A stretch of DNA of 63,557 nucleotides, counting the filler, from Octopus bimaculoides (lineage: Eukaryota), in NCBI RefSeq assembly GCF_001194135.2. It is 4 parts of 4 records of this genome, joined end to end, with 100 filler letters (N's around TTAATTAATTAA, not from the genome) between each part and the next. Parts side by side here need not be neighbours in the genome. Positions count along the whole stretch, not along the records: positions 24,101 to 48,725 come from NC_068995.1; positions 48,826 to 57,729 come from NC_069002.1; 2 more parts are not named here. The stretch is one strand, 5' to 3'. Position numbers and translations under genes: made by a program. Below, piece by piece: positions 36,943 through 50,200 of this stretch. Under the pieces are notes generated by a model that was not told the DNA's origin, ran no database searches, and saw only the letters and a program-made list of their open reading frames with translations. Each line of letters starts with the position of its first letter. Position 1 is the first letter of the stretch.

Positions 36943-39900
36943 CGTTTTCTCTGTCTTCGCAACAATATCTTCATTCTGACTTTAACACTCCAAGACCTTC
37001 GGTCATTTTTCAAAGTGCTGCCAAAAATTACTTCTTCCCCCCTACTCCTATATATAACCTATTTGCTGTCACATCCGAAAGAACCACGGCTTTCGCTTGT
37101 CATGTCAACTCTGCTAAAATTCTACACCAAAGTTCTTGCGTTGTCCGTTCTTCATTTCGAATTTTGCTTCAGTTTTTTTTTTTATTCTTTAAATTTACTT
37201 AATAGTTGTAATATTAATGCCATCCTATATATGTTTTGTTTCACTTATTATTTTAGCCAATTCCTGTCGTATTTTACTTTTTCTATATTCTCTAAAACAA
37301 TTCCATAGACCGCAAAAAATATATATATATATATATATATATAAGAAAACGAAAAATTAAATTATAAAAAAATTTCCACCCGAAGTTTTCGTTTATTAAA
37401 TAACTTACAAGAAAAAAAAATGAAGATTTAGAAAGTAAACGAAGCAAATACAGGAATTTGGCCGTTTCGTAAATGTATAACAATTGCCAAAAACTTTTAA
37501 ACTCTCCAAGAGTAATTTTTTAAAACAAGTGTTCTTGCATCTCGAAATTCAGCGAAAATATATTTCCGTTAAAAGAAAAAGAAATTAATGAACACTTGAA
37601 ATTTGTTTCTTCATAAACTGCTGACAAAGTATGTTTGTTGCTTGAAGTCAGCAGTTATTGTGTCTACATAAATGGAAAGTTTCGAAAGAGAGGAAGAAAT
37701 GATAAAAAAAGAAATTAAAAAGTATTTTCCTCCACATATGTTATCGGAATAATGTTTTTAAGATTGGCACGAGGCCATATTTGGAATCAATCACAGTTAT
37801 CGATGAGTGTTTTATTTTGCCGACCACGGAAGAAGGGAAGGAAGAAAAAATAAGGTTAATTCTGCCATATAGAATGACATTAAAAATTCCCCCCTCTCTC
37901 TCTTATTCTTTCCTTCTCTTTTTACCCCGTGTGTCAGAGAGAGGGAGAAACAGGGTGGGAGAGAGAGAGGGAGAAGTGATGCCTCGGTGGTTTGAAGAAC
38001 TTCCCGTTCCCAAGTCTCCCACCTGTAGAAATCTTACTAAATTTCCTCTTTCCAGTATGTTCACTTCTTCTGACACGAAAACACTCACTTTTGACCGTGT
38101 TGAACATGTGCAAAAGTTCACCATATTGTGTAACTTCGACTGATGGTGGTGTAACATCTCTCCTTCAACATGGCGTGGAAAACTTTCTTCTCTTAGAATA
38201 ATATCAGTAACAAGCTTCGTTTTTTTTTTATTTATTGTCGTTATTATTGTCCTACTTAGGATTTATTTCACTTTTACATCATTACTAAAAATATTAACCT
38301 CACACACACACACACACACACCTATATATCTTTCTAATCGAACAGTTCGCATTTCTAAACACCCGCCAACACGTAACCCGTGCGTTAAGTATTTCTGTTC
38401 AAATACAGTAGTTAGCGCTGGTTCTATCGGCTGTAACGGTGGCGGGTACGACAAGCAGGGTAACTATTACAAGCTGACTTCCAACACGAACCCGCGCATC
38501 TGTTTTAAACATATCTTATAACCCTGAAATGTGCAGCAGACTGCAATATTTCGTGTTGCTTACTAAGGCCGTTCTCACCATATTGTCGACATAGAGGGTG
38601 TAGCTGGGGGTGAGGCGAGAACCTGTTGACGTAGGATACAGTTCTAAGGCGTTGCTAGGATACAAACGACCAATAGATTGCTTCTTGTCACACTGCCTGT
38701 TGTCGTCATCAACACACACATTTCTCTCTCTCTCTTCATCGCTTACTCAATCGCTCCTCCTCCTACTCCCTTCTCGCTACCGTCCTATATTATCATTTTC
38801 TCCATCTTTCACCCTAATTTTCTCTCTCTCCATCCCCTTCACCACTCTGACCCGTGTACCTCTATCTTTCCCTCTTGCACTCTACCCCCGCCACCCCTCG
38901 TCTCTCTCGTCTCCATCTCACTCTTTTGGCGAGTTGGCACCGTCAGTTGGCCACCTCCGAGCACACACACACACATTCTCTCGACTGCCTCTTACTGTCT
39001 CGCACACATCACATCAATCTCCCCTTCCTCCCCTTCTCTCACCGGCCACATACTCAGTGTTTACTCTCCCCCTTTCCAACACTGTCAACCTTTCCCTCAC
39101 TTTCCTTCACACAGCTCTCTCTTTCTCTCTCCCTCACTTCCCCTCTTTACGAGACACTGAGTCTCACAAACTCTTCTTCTCCCTCTCTCTCTTAACTCAT
39201 CTCTCTCTCTCTCTCTCTTAACGTCTGTCTTTACGATTCTATGTCACCAAATCTTTCTTTCCCTCTTAACCTGTCTCTATCTCTCTCTTTCTCCCAACGT
39301 CTCTCTTAGTGTAACGTCTCTCTTAACTCTGCTTCTCTCTCTCTCTCTCTCTCACCTATTCTGTATTGAAACTATCACCAAATATGGTCAATCAAACACA
39401 ATTATCTTTTTAAGAACAGCTGTTTACAACATCGTTGTTATTACCTGAGTGGACGGTATTGTTGAATAGCCTATGGTCACTCCTGTCTCAACACTGACCC
39501 ATGGCTCTATCAGCTGGACCCTACTATTGTTACATATCCCAGCTCGATCTGATACCCCACCCACTAGTGTTTGGGAGTGGTGGCCATATTGTCAAAGGCA
39601 TGTGGTCGACCGTTGTGTTCAGTTTTGGTCTGAATATGACGGTCAAATGGTCAATGTTATGTTCAGTCTGTTGCTTCAGAGATGTTTGTCCAGATGTTGA
39701 CCAGAGTAATGTTTGTCCAGACAGCCGATCTTGTGGCTATTTGAATGTGTAGGAAGGAAGGGGGTGGTATGATGGTGGTGGTGGTGGTGTTTGGCCCCAG
39801 GTCAGCCCTGATCCAGCAGGCCCATGATTAAAGACGTTCCCGTCAGGACCATCCTGCCTCTTTAGGGATGCCATTTCCTTATTTAAAATATGGTAGGATT

Positions 39901-40065
39901 TGAGGTTTTGGCTGTTATTTTTGAAGATTGCGTGACTATACAAAGCACCACCACCTCATTGGTTTGACAAATGGGAACTGTTGGTTATAGAAGTGGTGGT
40001 TGTTGGTTATTTCTGTATGTTTTGTTGTTACTTTTGTATTATTACCAAACAATATTGTAACAATC

Positions 40066-40092
40066 TTTTTTTTTTTTCCTTTCTCTTTTCAG
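40066..40092 (+). other. 3' splice acceptor of the TENT5 coding exon
   Basis: Long polypyrimidine tract TCTTTTTTTTTTTTCCTTTCTCTTTTCAG ending at 40092, 52 nt before the ATG. Confidence 0.85.
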
Positions 40093-40144
40093 AATCCGCT
40101 CCTCAGAAACCGCCATAAAGTTGTAAAGACGACAACTCTTGGCA

Positions 40145-41713
40145 ATGGCTACGGATAGTGTTTGTGCTGTTGCCATATCTAGTGGTTCAGCCACTTCTGC
40201 TTCAGTTGCACCTGCAGACGCTGCTGTCTGTTGCACCACCAACACCAACACCACTGCTGCGGTTGATAAGGACACCGATGACACCCAGACAACACCTGAG
40301 ACACCTTCGCTGACTGCAGACCTTGATGCTGTTACTGTGGTTACTGTAGAGCCAGTCGCCGATGTTGACATCGAGGCAGAAGAGGCAGGAGATGAACTGC
40401 CGACTGAAGCTTACGATGAAGAGGACTGCAACAAGGATGGCTCAAGTCTAAGTGATCAGATGTTTGTTTTCGGCTCAACAGAATTACTTGACGACACACA
40501 GTCTTCTTGTCGTTTCAAGGTCTTGGAATATGACCAATTGATGCGACTTGTGGAAGTGATGGAGGCATCCATACCAATCCATGGTCGTGGCAATTTCCCT
40601 ACCCTTGATGTTAAACTGAAGGATCTCATCCAACTGGTTCGCCAAAAGCTGAAATCTGAAGGGGTCCATGTTCGAGATATGCGTCTAAATGGCGGTGCTG
40701 CCAGCTATGTCTTAGAGACAGATACTTCTCAGACTTATAATGACTTGGACTTGATATTTGGGATTGATCTCTCCAACCAGAATGAACTTCAAAAAGTGAA
40801 GAATTGTGTTCTTGGCTGCCTCTTAGACTTTCTGCCAGCTGGCGTCAGTAAAGACAGGATGTCCAGTTGCAGCTTGAAAGAAGCTTATGTTCAGAAAATG
40901 GTAAAAGTGTGCAATGAACATGGCGACCGTTGGAGTTTGATATCACTCTCGAATAATAAAGGTAAAAATGTGGAGCTTAAGTTTGTGGACAAAATGAAAC
41001 GTCAGTTTGAATTTAGTGTTGATTCCTTTCAGATAATCTTGGACAGTTTGTTAACGTTCTACGAAGTTTCCAACACTCCGACCAGCGAACATTTTTACCC
41101 AACTGTGAAAGCCGAGAGTGTGTATGGGGACTTTTCACAAGCCTGGTTCCACTTAACTGAAAAGCTAATTGCCACACGAAACCCAGAAGAGATCCGGGGT
41201 GGAGGCTTGCTGAAATATTGTAACCTGTTAGTGAGGCGTTACACACCAGCTGGCAACGTGGACATCCGTGCCATGGAGCGCTACATGTGTTCTAGGTTTT
41301 TCATAGATTTCAGCGACTTGTCGCAACAAAAACAGAAGCTGGATGCTTATCTGGCAAACCATTTTAGTGGTGAGGAGGATCTGAAATATGAATACTTGAT
41401 GACGCTCTACCGAGTGGTTGACGACAGCACAATCTGTTTGATGGGCCATGAACGAAGACAGACACTAAATCTTATACATCAATTGGCTTGTGAGATCCTG
41501 CTAGAACAGGAACAGAAAGCACAGAGTAAATACCTTCAACTACCACAGTTTGACAACTTAAATAATTTGATTTTGGACCAAGTATTCTATGGACCTTACA
41601 ATAACTCCAGTGGCGGCAGTCAGTACTACAGTTATTTACCATTTTATCAAGTAGGCAATAGTTCCATCTCCTCGTGTCCACTTTGTCCACAACCCTATTT
41701 ACAATGTTCCTAG
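40145..41713 (+). CDS. TENT5: Terminal nucleotidyltransferase 5 (FAM46) family non-canonical poly(A) polymerase, 522 aa, single coding exon
   Basis: Clean ORF with family signatures [21 protein letters not shown] (G[G/S] motif), YNDLDLIF (DxD), [16 protein letters not shown] (catalytic E), [49 protein letters not shown] in GCAATGG context; in-frame TAA at 40124-40126, so the track's TTG start is unnecessary. Confidence 0.97.
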   Translation: MATDSVCAVAISSGSATSASVAPADAAVCCTTNTNTTAAVDKDTDDTQTTPETPSLTADLDAVTVVTVEPVADVDIEAEEAGDELPTEAYDEEDCNKDGSSLSDQMFVFGSTELLDDTQSSCRFKVLEYDQLMRLVEVMEASIPIHGRGNFPTLDVKLKDLIQLVRQKLKSEGVHVRDMRLNGGAASYVLETDTSQTYNDLDLIFGIDLSNQNELQKVKNCVLGCLLDFLPAGVSKDRMSSCSLKEAYVQKMVKVCNEHGDRWSLISLSNNKGKNVELKFVDKMKRQFEFSVDSFQIILDSLLTFYEVSNTPTSEHFYPTVKAESVYGDFSQAWFHLTEKLIATRNPEEIRGGGLLKYCNLLVRRYTPAGNVDIRAMERYMCSRFFIDFSDLSQQKQKLDAYLANHFSGEEDLKYEYLMTLYRVVDDSTICLMGHERRQTLNLIHQLACEILLEQEQKAQSKYLQLPQFDNLNNLILDQVFYGPYNNSSGGSQYYSYLPFYQVGNSSISSCPLCPQPYLQCS

Positions 41714-42692
41714 CCTCATCCAAACACACACACACACACACACACACGTATATACATCCTTAACCACATTCTCTCCCTTACACACACACACACACACATG
41801 CCCATCCCTACACTTCACCACTTCCATCTCTGAACCCACCCCTACCCCTATAATGGCAGAGCTCCATATCTTTTTCTTTTTTTTTTTATGAATTTGTTCT
41901 TATTTGCTCATTTCTACTTTTACTTCTCCTGCCCCACCACCACATTAAAAAAAGAAGAAAATGGACCCTCAGCAGGGTCTACCTCACACTTTTCACCTGG
42001 TCCCTCTGCCCCTTTTTTGTTTCACTCACTCCNNNNNNNNNNNNNNNNNNNNNNNNNNNNNNNNNNNNNNNNNNNNNNNNNNNNNNNNNNNNNNNNNNNN
42101 NNNNNNNNNNNNNNNNNNNNNNNNNNNNNNNNNNNNNNNNNNCTCTCTCTCTCTCTCTCCCTGCTACTGCTATTGCTCCTCCTCCTCACCCCTCTCTCCC
42201 CTTCCCCCCTCCCTGCAACCATATACATACACAATTAAATGACAGGATGTCTGGAAGGAGTTTAGTCACACACATACAATGCAAAAAAAAAAAAACAAAC
42301 CAAAAAACCAAAAAAACTAACAAATATATTTTCTCTGTCTCCCTCTTGCCCCCTTATAAACTACCCACTCCACATCACTTCAGTTTCCAGAAGATTCTGG
42401 AGAAATATATATATATTTTCAATAGAAACGTTCCTCTTTCTTGGAATAATTCTGTTCAAAGACTTAGTATTTTTTTCCTCTTTCAATTTTCTTTCCAATG
42501 TGTATGTTAGGGAGTGTATGTGTGTGTGTATGTTAGGATGTATATATATATATATTGTATGTTCTTTGCATGTCTGATTCTTTGCGTGCGTGCGTGCATG
42601 TTATGTGTATAATTTAGATATGAAAAAAAAAATCAAAAAGATTCACATTGCAATTAGCAATTCTGAGATTTTGTTCATTTATAGCTTATAAT

Positions 42693-42723
<31 letters not shown>

Positions 42724-42734
42724 GTTGTTGGATG

Positions 42735-42995
42735 GTGGACTGGCAGAATCGTTGGAACATGGGGAGAGAAAAAAAAAAAGAGCTTCGTTGTATTTTTCCA
42801 GTTCTTTGCGCTCTAAGTTCAGTTCCCGGTGGAGGTCAACTTTGCCTTTCCTCTCTCTGGGAGTCGATGAAATAAAGTACCAGTGAAATACTGGGGTCGA
42901 TAGTATCGACCAACTTTCTCCTCTCAAAAAAAGAGGAACAAGGAAAAAATAAAAAACCCAAGACTGCTGGCCTTGTGCCTAAATCAGAAACCATT
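42735..42995 (+). mobile_element. SINE family B
   Basis: CTGGCAGAATCGTTGG...GGTCAACTTTGCCTTTCC...GTCGATGAAATAAAGTACCAGTGAAATACTGGGGTCGAT. Confidence 0.8.
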
Positions 42996-43323
42996 TATTA
43001 TTATCATTATTATTATTACTGTTGATGTTTTTATAGTTTTTCTCTTTCTGAGAGGTGATACACTCAAGGAAAACAAAGTTATCAAATTATTGACCATGCT
43101 TCAGTTGCTGGTTGGGGCTGGGATCCCCTTCACATATGCACACACACACGTACACATACATACAAGGACTCACAAATCCCAACTTTTTTTCTTTTTGTCA
43201 CTATCTTTTTACTTTTTCTTTTCTTTTTGTTTAACCCCCTTCTTCTGCAGCTACATTAAGGATCAGTTATGTTTGTTCCTGTCTCAAGAGTTAGTCAAAC
43301 TATTTCTGCCTCCAGTCCCCTTC

Positions 43324-43384
<61 letters not shown>

Positions 43385-44926
43385 NNNNNNNNNNNNNNNN
43401 NNNNNNNNNNNNNNNNNNNNNNNNNNNNNNNNNNNNNNNNNNNNNNNNNNNNNNNNNNNNNNNNNNNNNNNNNNNNNNNNNNNNNNNNNNNNNNNNNNNN
43501 NNNNNNNNNNNNNNNNNNNNNNNNNNNNNNNNNNNNNNNNNNNNNNNNNNNNNNNNNNNNNNNNNNNNNNNNNNNNNNNNNNNNNNNNNNNNNNNNNNNN
43601 NNNNNNNNNNNNNNNNNNNNNNNNNNNNNNNNNNNNNNNNNNNNNNNNNNNNNNNNNNNNNNNNNNNNNNNNNNNNNNNNNNNNNNNNNNNNNNNNNNNN
43701 NNNNNNNNNNNNNNNNNNNNNNNNNNNNNNNNNNNNNNNNNNNNNNNNNNNNNNNNNNNNNNNNNNNNNNNNNNNNNNNNNNNNNNNNNNNNNACAAAAA
43801 AAAAAAATCTTGTATGTTGTTGGGTTTGTCACTTTTAATTTTACTTTAGCTTACTTGATTATTAATTATATCTCAAAGGTTGTTGTTGCCTCATATCTAA
43901 ATCCAAACTGATCAATACCAATAAGAACTAACAACAACAATGATAAATGTACATATTAGGGTTTGTTTTAATGTTAGAGCAAGTTCGAGGTCTCTGCTTG
44001 ATTTTTTTTTTTTTTTTTTTTCCTTTTGTTTTTGGTGGGGGTTATTCTAATATAGCTTCTTAAAATCTATATACTTCTATGACACACACACACACGCACA
44101 CTGCCCCCTTCTCTCTCCCTCTATACCTCTTCATCTTTATTCGGACCCTTGTTGATGGATTAATCCTTTTTATACTGAAGATGATTAAGTCCTTCTTCTT
44201 GCTTCCAGGTCCTTCATCTACACTGAAGGTCTTATTCTCCCAGATCCTTAATTCCCCCAGAACCCTTCCTCTTCTGGATCCTCAATTTACCCATAAAAGC
44301 ATCATAAATATTCCAGGCCCTCCTTGGGCCCTTTAAATGTCATCTTACTTGATCCTTTTTTCTGCTCTTGAAAATCTTATCTCTCGGATGTTTTCTGTAA
44401 ACATTATTTCTTAGACATATGGAGGTGAAAATTTGTCAATATGGTGTTTACGCATGCATGCACACAAGCATACACACACACATTTGCACACATACAGTAT
44501 GCATACATAGACACAAGTATACATATATACACAATTGCACACACACATACACACCGAGTTCTAAGCCACAATATGTTATAGCTGTTAATCACTTACATTG
44601 TAGTGCACCGTCAGATCAACAAGAAGGCACCAGCTTTGCTGCTGCTGCACATCTTAAAAGTGCACTTTTTTAAAATTGATCTCAACATTTTCGACCTTCC
44701 CCTCCCCCTCCCAATCGACTTGCTGGTTTTTTTCTTTATTGTCCTTTGTTGTCTCTGGTTTACATTTTAATTCTGTGGCAGATCTTTCCATTCACTGTCC
44801 ACTCTTACTCCCACCCCCCACTGCCACATAAACAGTTTGTCTGCTCCCCACCCAACCCCATGTCATGTTCTTTGTGTGTATATGTGCAGTATAATTTTGC
44901 AGACATATACACATTTTTGTCTTATA

Positions 44927-44968
<42 letters not shown>

Positions 44969-45139
44969 ATTACAATTATACTCAGAATCTGTCAGTAGGT
45001 GGCGCTATTTTCATAAACTTCCCATATTCAGTCAAAATACTTTCACTTTCTTGCACAAGTCACCACTTTCAACACCCACACCCACACACACTCTCCTGGT
45101 CTTCTTCTCTCACATCAGTCATCTCTCTCCACCCCCTAT

Positions 45140-45192
<53 letters not shown>

Positions 45193-45654
45193 AACAAATC
45201 TAAAGATAAACGCATAGGATTTTATTGAAAGCTGAAAGTTTCAGAAATTGTTTGAGTTTCTCATTCCAGTCTTTGCAGAAAGACAGAAACAAGTGATATA
45301 TGTTTGTGTGTGTATGTGCACGTGTGCAAGCATACACACACACACACACACACACACACATGTCTCCAGTATGGCATCAGCTATGAGGGATAAAGCAACC
45401 ATACATTTCATATTTATCTTGTGATATTGATGTGATATTTCTCATAAGTCTGTTTACCACGTAGCTCACACACACACCACTCCCCTGCCTGACTCGCCCA
45501 CCACAAAGGTGTTCTTTGTTCCCATATAGATATATTTTCTGTTGCATGTTACATTTGTTTTCACAATTTCATTAATATTAATCTGTAATAATTATTTATC
45601 ATTAATGAGGGCATTAATTTTTGGAAGATGTGATCAATTTTTTTTACCTTGTTT

Positions 45655-47510
45655 AACTTCTGGGTTCAAATTCTATCAAAAGCGGTAAGATTTAGTACCA
45701 GTAATATCTATGGTACCTTATATATTGTACCAGTTATATATTAAGACTGACTCCATTTGATGAATTGCTTTTGTCTACAAAATAAAAAATAAAAAGGTCT
45801 TTATAATAATAATAATTCTTTGGATGAGACTTGTCAGAGGCAGAAAACATTTTTTGCCATTGGCCAACTTTGCCTCTCGTCCTTTCAGGGCTGATGAAAT
45901 AAGTACCAGTTGAACAATGGGGTCAATGTAATCAACTTGTCCCCTTCCCAGAAATTGCCGGCCTTGTACCAGAAATTTGAAATCAATATTTCAGTTTCCC
46001 TGGCCAAGGTCAGTGTTGCCTTTCGTCCTTCTTAGGTCGATAAGAATATGAAGTACCTGTGGAATACAGGGGTCAACCGTATCAGCTAACCCCTTCCAAC
46101 TAGGTTAGGAACTAAGATTCTGATTGGTAGAATTGTTGCAAGAGCAGAGTATAACAATCTCTGTGGTGGTTCTTCCAGTTCTTCACATTCTGAGGTCAAT
46201 CCTGTCGACGTTGGCTTTATTTTTCATCCTTCCGGGGTTGATGAAATAAGGTACCAGTGAAGTACTGAGCTCAGTTTAACTGACTGACCACTACCTACAC
46301 AGTTTCTGGCTTTGTGCTGATGCTAAAAGCGAACTGGTAGAATCATGAGACAAAATGCTTTGTGGCGTTTCTTCCAGCTTTATGTCCAGAGTCCAAATTG
46401 CACCAAAGTCAGCTTTGCCTTTCATCTAGTACAGGTGTCGATGAAACTGACCACCACTCCTCACCCCCACATCCCCCAAATTTCAGCTCTTGAACCTCTT
46501 GCAGCAGCAAGCTGGCTGAACCATTGGCACATAAGACAAATGCTTAGCAGTATTTCTTTTGGCTCTTTACTTTCTGAGTTCAACTCCACTCTTCATCCTT
46601 TAAGGGGTGGGATTTAAGTATCAGTCAAGTACTGGGAATGATGTAACTGACTCACCTCAAAATTGCTGGTCTTGTGCCAAAATCAGAATTTTGTGCAGTG
46701 GTTTGACAGAATCAGAAAGTTAATATTCCTGCAGTATTTACGTTTTACTTTCATAATTCCTGGTTCAATAAAATATCAGTGAGATACTGGGATCAAATTT
46801 TTTTTATAATATACCTCTGCCCTACACTCCACCCACTCCTAATTCTAACCTTGTACTCCTATTAGTAACTAATATTATGATTGTTTGGTATTTCATCCAT
46901 CTTTGTTCCGAGTTCAATTTCCACTGAAGTCAACTTTGTCTTTCACCCTTTTGGGGTTCATTAGTACCAGTTACACACTGGGGGTTGATATATTCAACTT
47001 TACTCTTCCTAAATTTGCTGGCCTTGTGCCAAAATAAAGGATTATTAGGAATGGCAGAATCATAAGAGCATCCAACAAAATGCCTGGGGTGTTTATTCTA
47101 AGTTCAAATCCTGCCATGGTCAACTTTCTATCCCTTGAGGGTCTATAAAATAAGGTACCAGTCAACTACTGGGGTTGATTTAATCAACTAAACCCCATGA
47201 CCACCAACACCCAATTTCTGGCCTATTAGAAACTATTAAGAGAAGGGCAGATGTGGAGTGACAAATGGTTAGTGTCAGATGTTAAGCAGTATTTCCTTAC
47301 AGCCCTTTGAATCATGTGTTCAAACCCTGGTACGTCATTCATTGTTCAGGTGTTTGATAAAATGAAATACCATACCAGTGAAATACTGGAATTGACTTAA
47401 GCGAATGTACCTGCACTGCGAGTTCAAATACTGCAGAGATTAACTTTGCCTTTCAACCTTAGTGTCCATGAAGTAAATAGTCAAGTACTGGAGCTGGTGT
47501 TGACAAACCC
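45655..47510 (+). mobile_element. Dense cluster of about 10 decayed SINE family B fragments, same orientation
   Basis: Recurrent GTTCAAAT / CAACTTTGCC / AAGTACCAGT / TACTGGGG modules near 45660, 45870, 46020, 46190, 46390, 46570, 46780, 46910, 47100, 47300 and 47420. Confidence 0.8.
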
Positions 47511-48167
47511 TTTCTCTTCCAAGAATATTGGCACTCCATTGATTGCAATGATGAAGGGTTTCGGTTGATCACACACACACACACACTCTTTCTCCTTCTG
47601 GCCTTGTTCTGTTTTATAGAATATTGGTGATGGTAGAACAGTTCAGAGAGAAGGGTCCAGATTGAATATTCAAAGGGTTGTGTAAATGCACAAAAAAATT
47701 TGTTCTCCCCCCCCCCACTCCCACAAGATTAAAAATAACTACCAATAATATACTGCGGTCCAGTCCAGTTCATTTATACATTACATCCTACTTTCTAAAA
47801 CAGTCTTGTGTCCATCTAGTCAAAAGAAATTATTAAAACTATTGATGTATATATATATATTAGCCACAAGGGCCCAAAATGTTGGATGACAATCCAAACA
47901 TGGATTACCAAAAACAAGGGGAGGGTATCATCAAATAAAAGAACAAAAAAATAAAAACGGGTGGCAAAACCAAGAAAAAACAAAAGGATATTGTTCTCAT
48001 TTCTGGAGGGTTGGAGAGAAACTGCCTTTAGGAATTTCAAGGCGGGGCAGGTACCCTACTCTTAAGACCCCAGGATCTGTCTGATGATGCAAGGGCCAAA
48101 GTGACCCCTTTCTTGCTGGTGGTTGTAGTTTTAGGGTTGGAACCCAGTTAGTTGAGTATAATAATAG

Positions 48168-48332
48168 TAATTTTCAAATTTTGGCACAAGGCCAGCAATT
48201 TCAGGGGAGGGTGGAGTTAAGTCGGTTACAGTGACTCCCAGTGCTCAGCTGGTACTTGATTGGACGACGCCCCCCCACTCACACACCAAAAGGATGAAAA
48301 GCAAATTGACCCAAGAGGAATTTGAACTTGGA
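48168..48332 (-). mobile_element. SINE family B (opposite orientation to the cluster)
   Basis: TTTCAAATTTTGGCACAAGGCCAGCAATTTC...CTGGTACTT...AAAGGATGAAAAGCAAA...GGAATTTGAACT. Confidence 0.8.
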
Positions 48333-48577
48333 ATGATGGTGATAATGATTTATGTTATATAATGATAATAATGGTAAAATGCAAGAGAAAAAAAAACCAC
48401 TTTGAGGACACTGCTTATTAAATTTTGGACCAAACACTTTGATTATTCAGCTGTGTCTGTGTCATAAACGCTAGTCCCCACCACTGCACACACCTGCGTT
48501 GTCTGTCACCCTCAACAAAGGAAGTCCAACTCCAACACAATAGGAATTTGGTATGATCTTCAGTTCCACTGTGTGTG

Positions 48578-48657
<80 letters not shown>

Positions 48658-48890
48658 CTAGCCCTTAGAATTCTTCTTCATCCTCATTATTAATTCATAA
48701 TTATAGTTAATTTTTTCTCTTTCTTNNNNNNNNNNNNNNNNNNNNNNNNNNNNNNNNNNNNNNNNNNNNTTAATTAATTAANNNNNNNNNNNNNNNNNNN
48801 NNNNNNNNNNNNNNNNNNNNNNNNNTATATATATATATATATATATAACATTTATAATTATTTCGGTATGATTGTATATTTGTATGATAG

Positions 48891-48929
<39 letters not shown>

Positions 48930-50034
48930 CAGATAGATAGATGGAGTAATTGATTGATTGATTGCACCTTAAATGTTGTCTATGCGGTTGAGAAATTTGA
49001 AACATAAAGTCAAGAATATACATATACAGTTGGTGTTCGAAATCGATTTCATTCAGGTTATATTTAAGCAAACAACAATGGGTGATAAAAATATTTATCG
49101 TCAAATATCTAAAATATTAAATGAACTTTCAGACAGTATTTGCATTAAAACATAGTTCGTGTAATGTTACTCTTTGTATTATGTAGCACATACGGTCACG
49201 TGATAATTTTCAGCTTTTAAATTCTAAATGGTATCAAATATCGTACGTAAGCAAAGGTGATTAGAAAAATTAATAACAACAAATTAAATTTATGAACCAT
49301 TTATCATTTTTATCATCAATGTTTATCGCAGTGGAAAAAGAAATGCAAGATATTTATAGCCAACTTTTTCTCATTTTGCATCTGAAAGAAATGATTGCCA
49401 TAACAAAACAATCTGGATAATCATAAACATTAAATTTATATACAAATCGGCCTTCAGCGGGGAAAAAAACCCCGATCTTAACAGGTAAATAATTTTTCGC
49501 ACTAGATCCTGTACAATACTTATTTATAATATGCGGCCATTAATTTTATTATACTTTTATTATACAGTAGTAGTGTCAGGTATATATTTCCAAGGAAGAC
49601 AGGTAAACACATTGAGCAAGGATTGACCAGCAATGTGGTAGACAATGATCTAAATGCACTAAAATGGTATAATTAATCATTAAGAAATGGTCATTGATTA
49701 AGAAAGTTGTCAGTGGCAGAGATATATTTAAATGTATCAGTTTCAAAAGTTGAAGGAGGAAATTGTTTGATATCAAATTTAATCTAATCAGATGAACCAC
49801 GAATGATAGATAAAAGCGCGTTAAGTTCAACCTCAGTTCATTTTTCTTGTACTCACACGTATTTTACAAAGCTAGCTAGTGGGTGGTGGTGGTGATGACA
49901 CGAGGTAGCTTTGGTCAATTTGTTATCTTTGTTATTTCTACTGATACACCCGCAATTTTGCTCTTCTTTTTTTAAATTTTGTCCGTCAGTGTAAAATGCG
50001 ATATTTACTGATATATTGCTTATTCAATACTATA

Positions 50035-50200
50035 AGATATAGGTAGTCGACAAGATGACAGAATTGTTAACACACCAACAAAATTCTTACCAGTATTTCG
50101 TCCGACTTCTCGTTCTGAGTCCAAACTCTGCTGAGTGGATTTCGATTTTAGGGGTCGATGAAATAAGTAGCAATCCAGCACAGAGATTGATGTCATCGCA
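50035..50200 (+). mobile_element. SINE family B
   Basis: TGACAGAATTGTTAACAC...CGTTCTGAGTCCAAACTCTGC...GGGGTCGATGAAATAAGTA. Confidence 0.7.

Noticed and set aside
35750-39221. 298-aa (35750-36646) and 203-aa (38610-39221) L/S/F-rich ORFs
   Set aside because: Produced by GA/CT-rich low-complexity tracts that lack stop codons.
39480-39943. Unique sequence with minus ORF MASLKRQDGPDG...PPPPPSY
   Set aside because: Short, no homology recognised and no convincing splice pair; left as intronic.
40139-40144. TTG start given by the ORF track
   Set aside because: Eukaryotic locus; an ATG in good Kozak context lies two codons downstream.
40042-41747. Antisense or alternate-frame ORFs overlapping TENT5 (40042-40371, 40484-40669, 41013-41246, 41228-41449, 41472-41747)
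   Set aside because: Shadow ORFs of the real CDS; no recognisable motifs.
45655-47510. Repeat-spacer-like periodicity resembling a CRISPR array
   Set aside because: Units are diverged SINE fragments of variable length found throughout the window; eukaryotic DNA.
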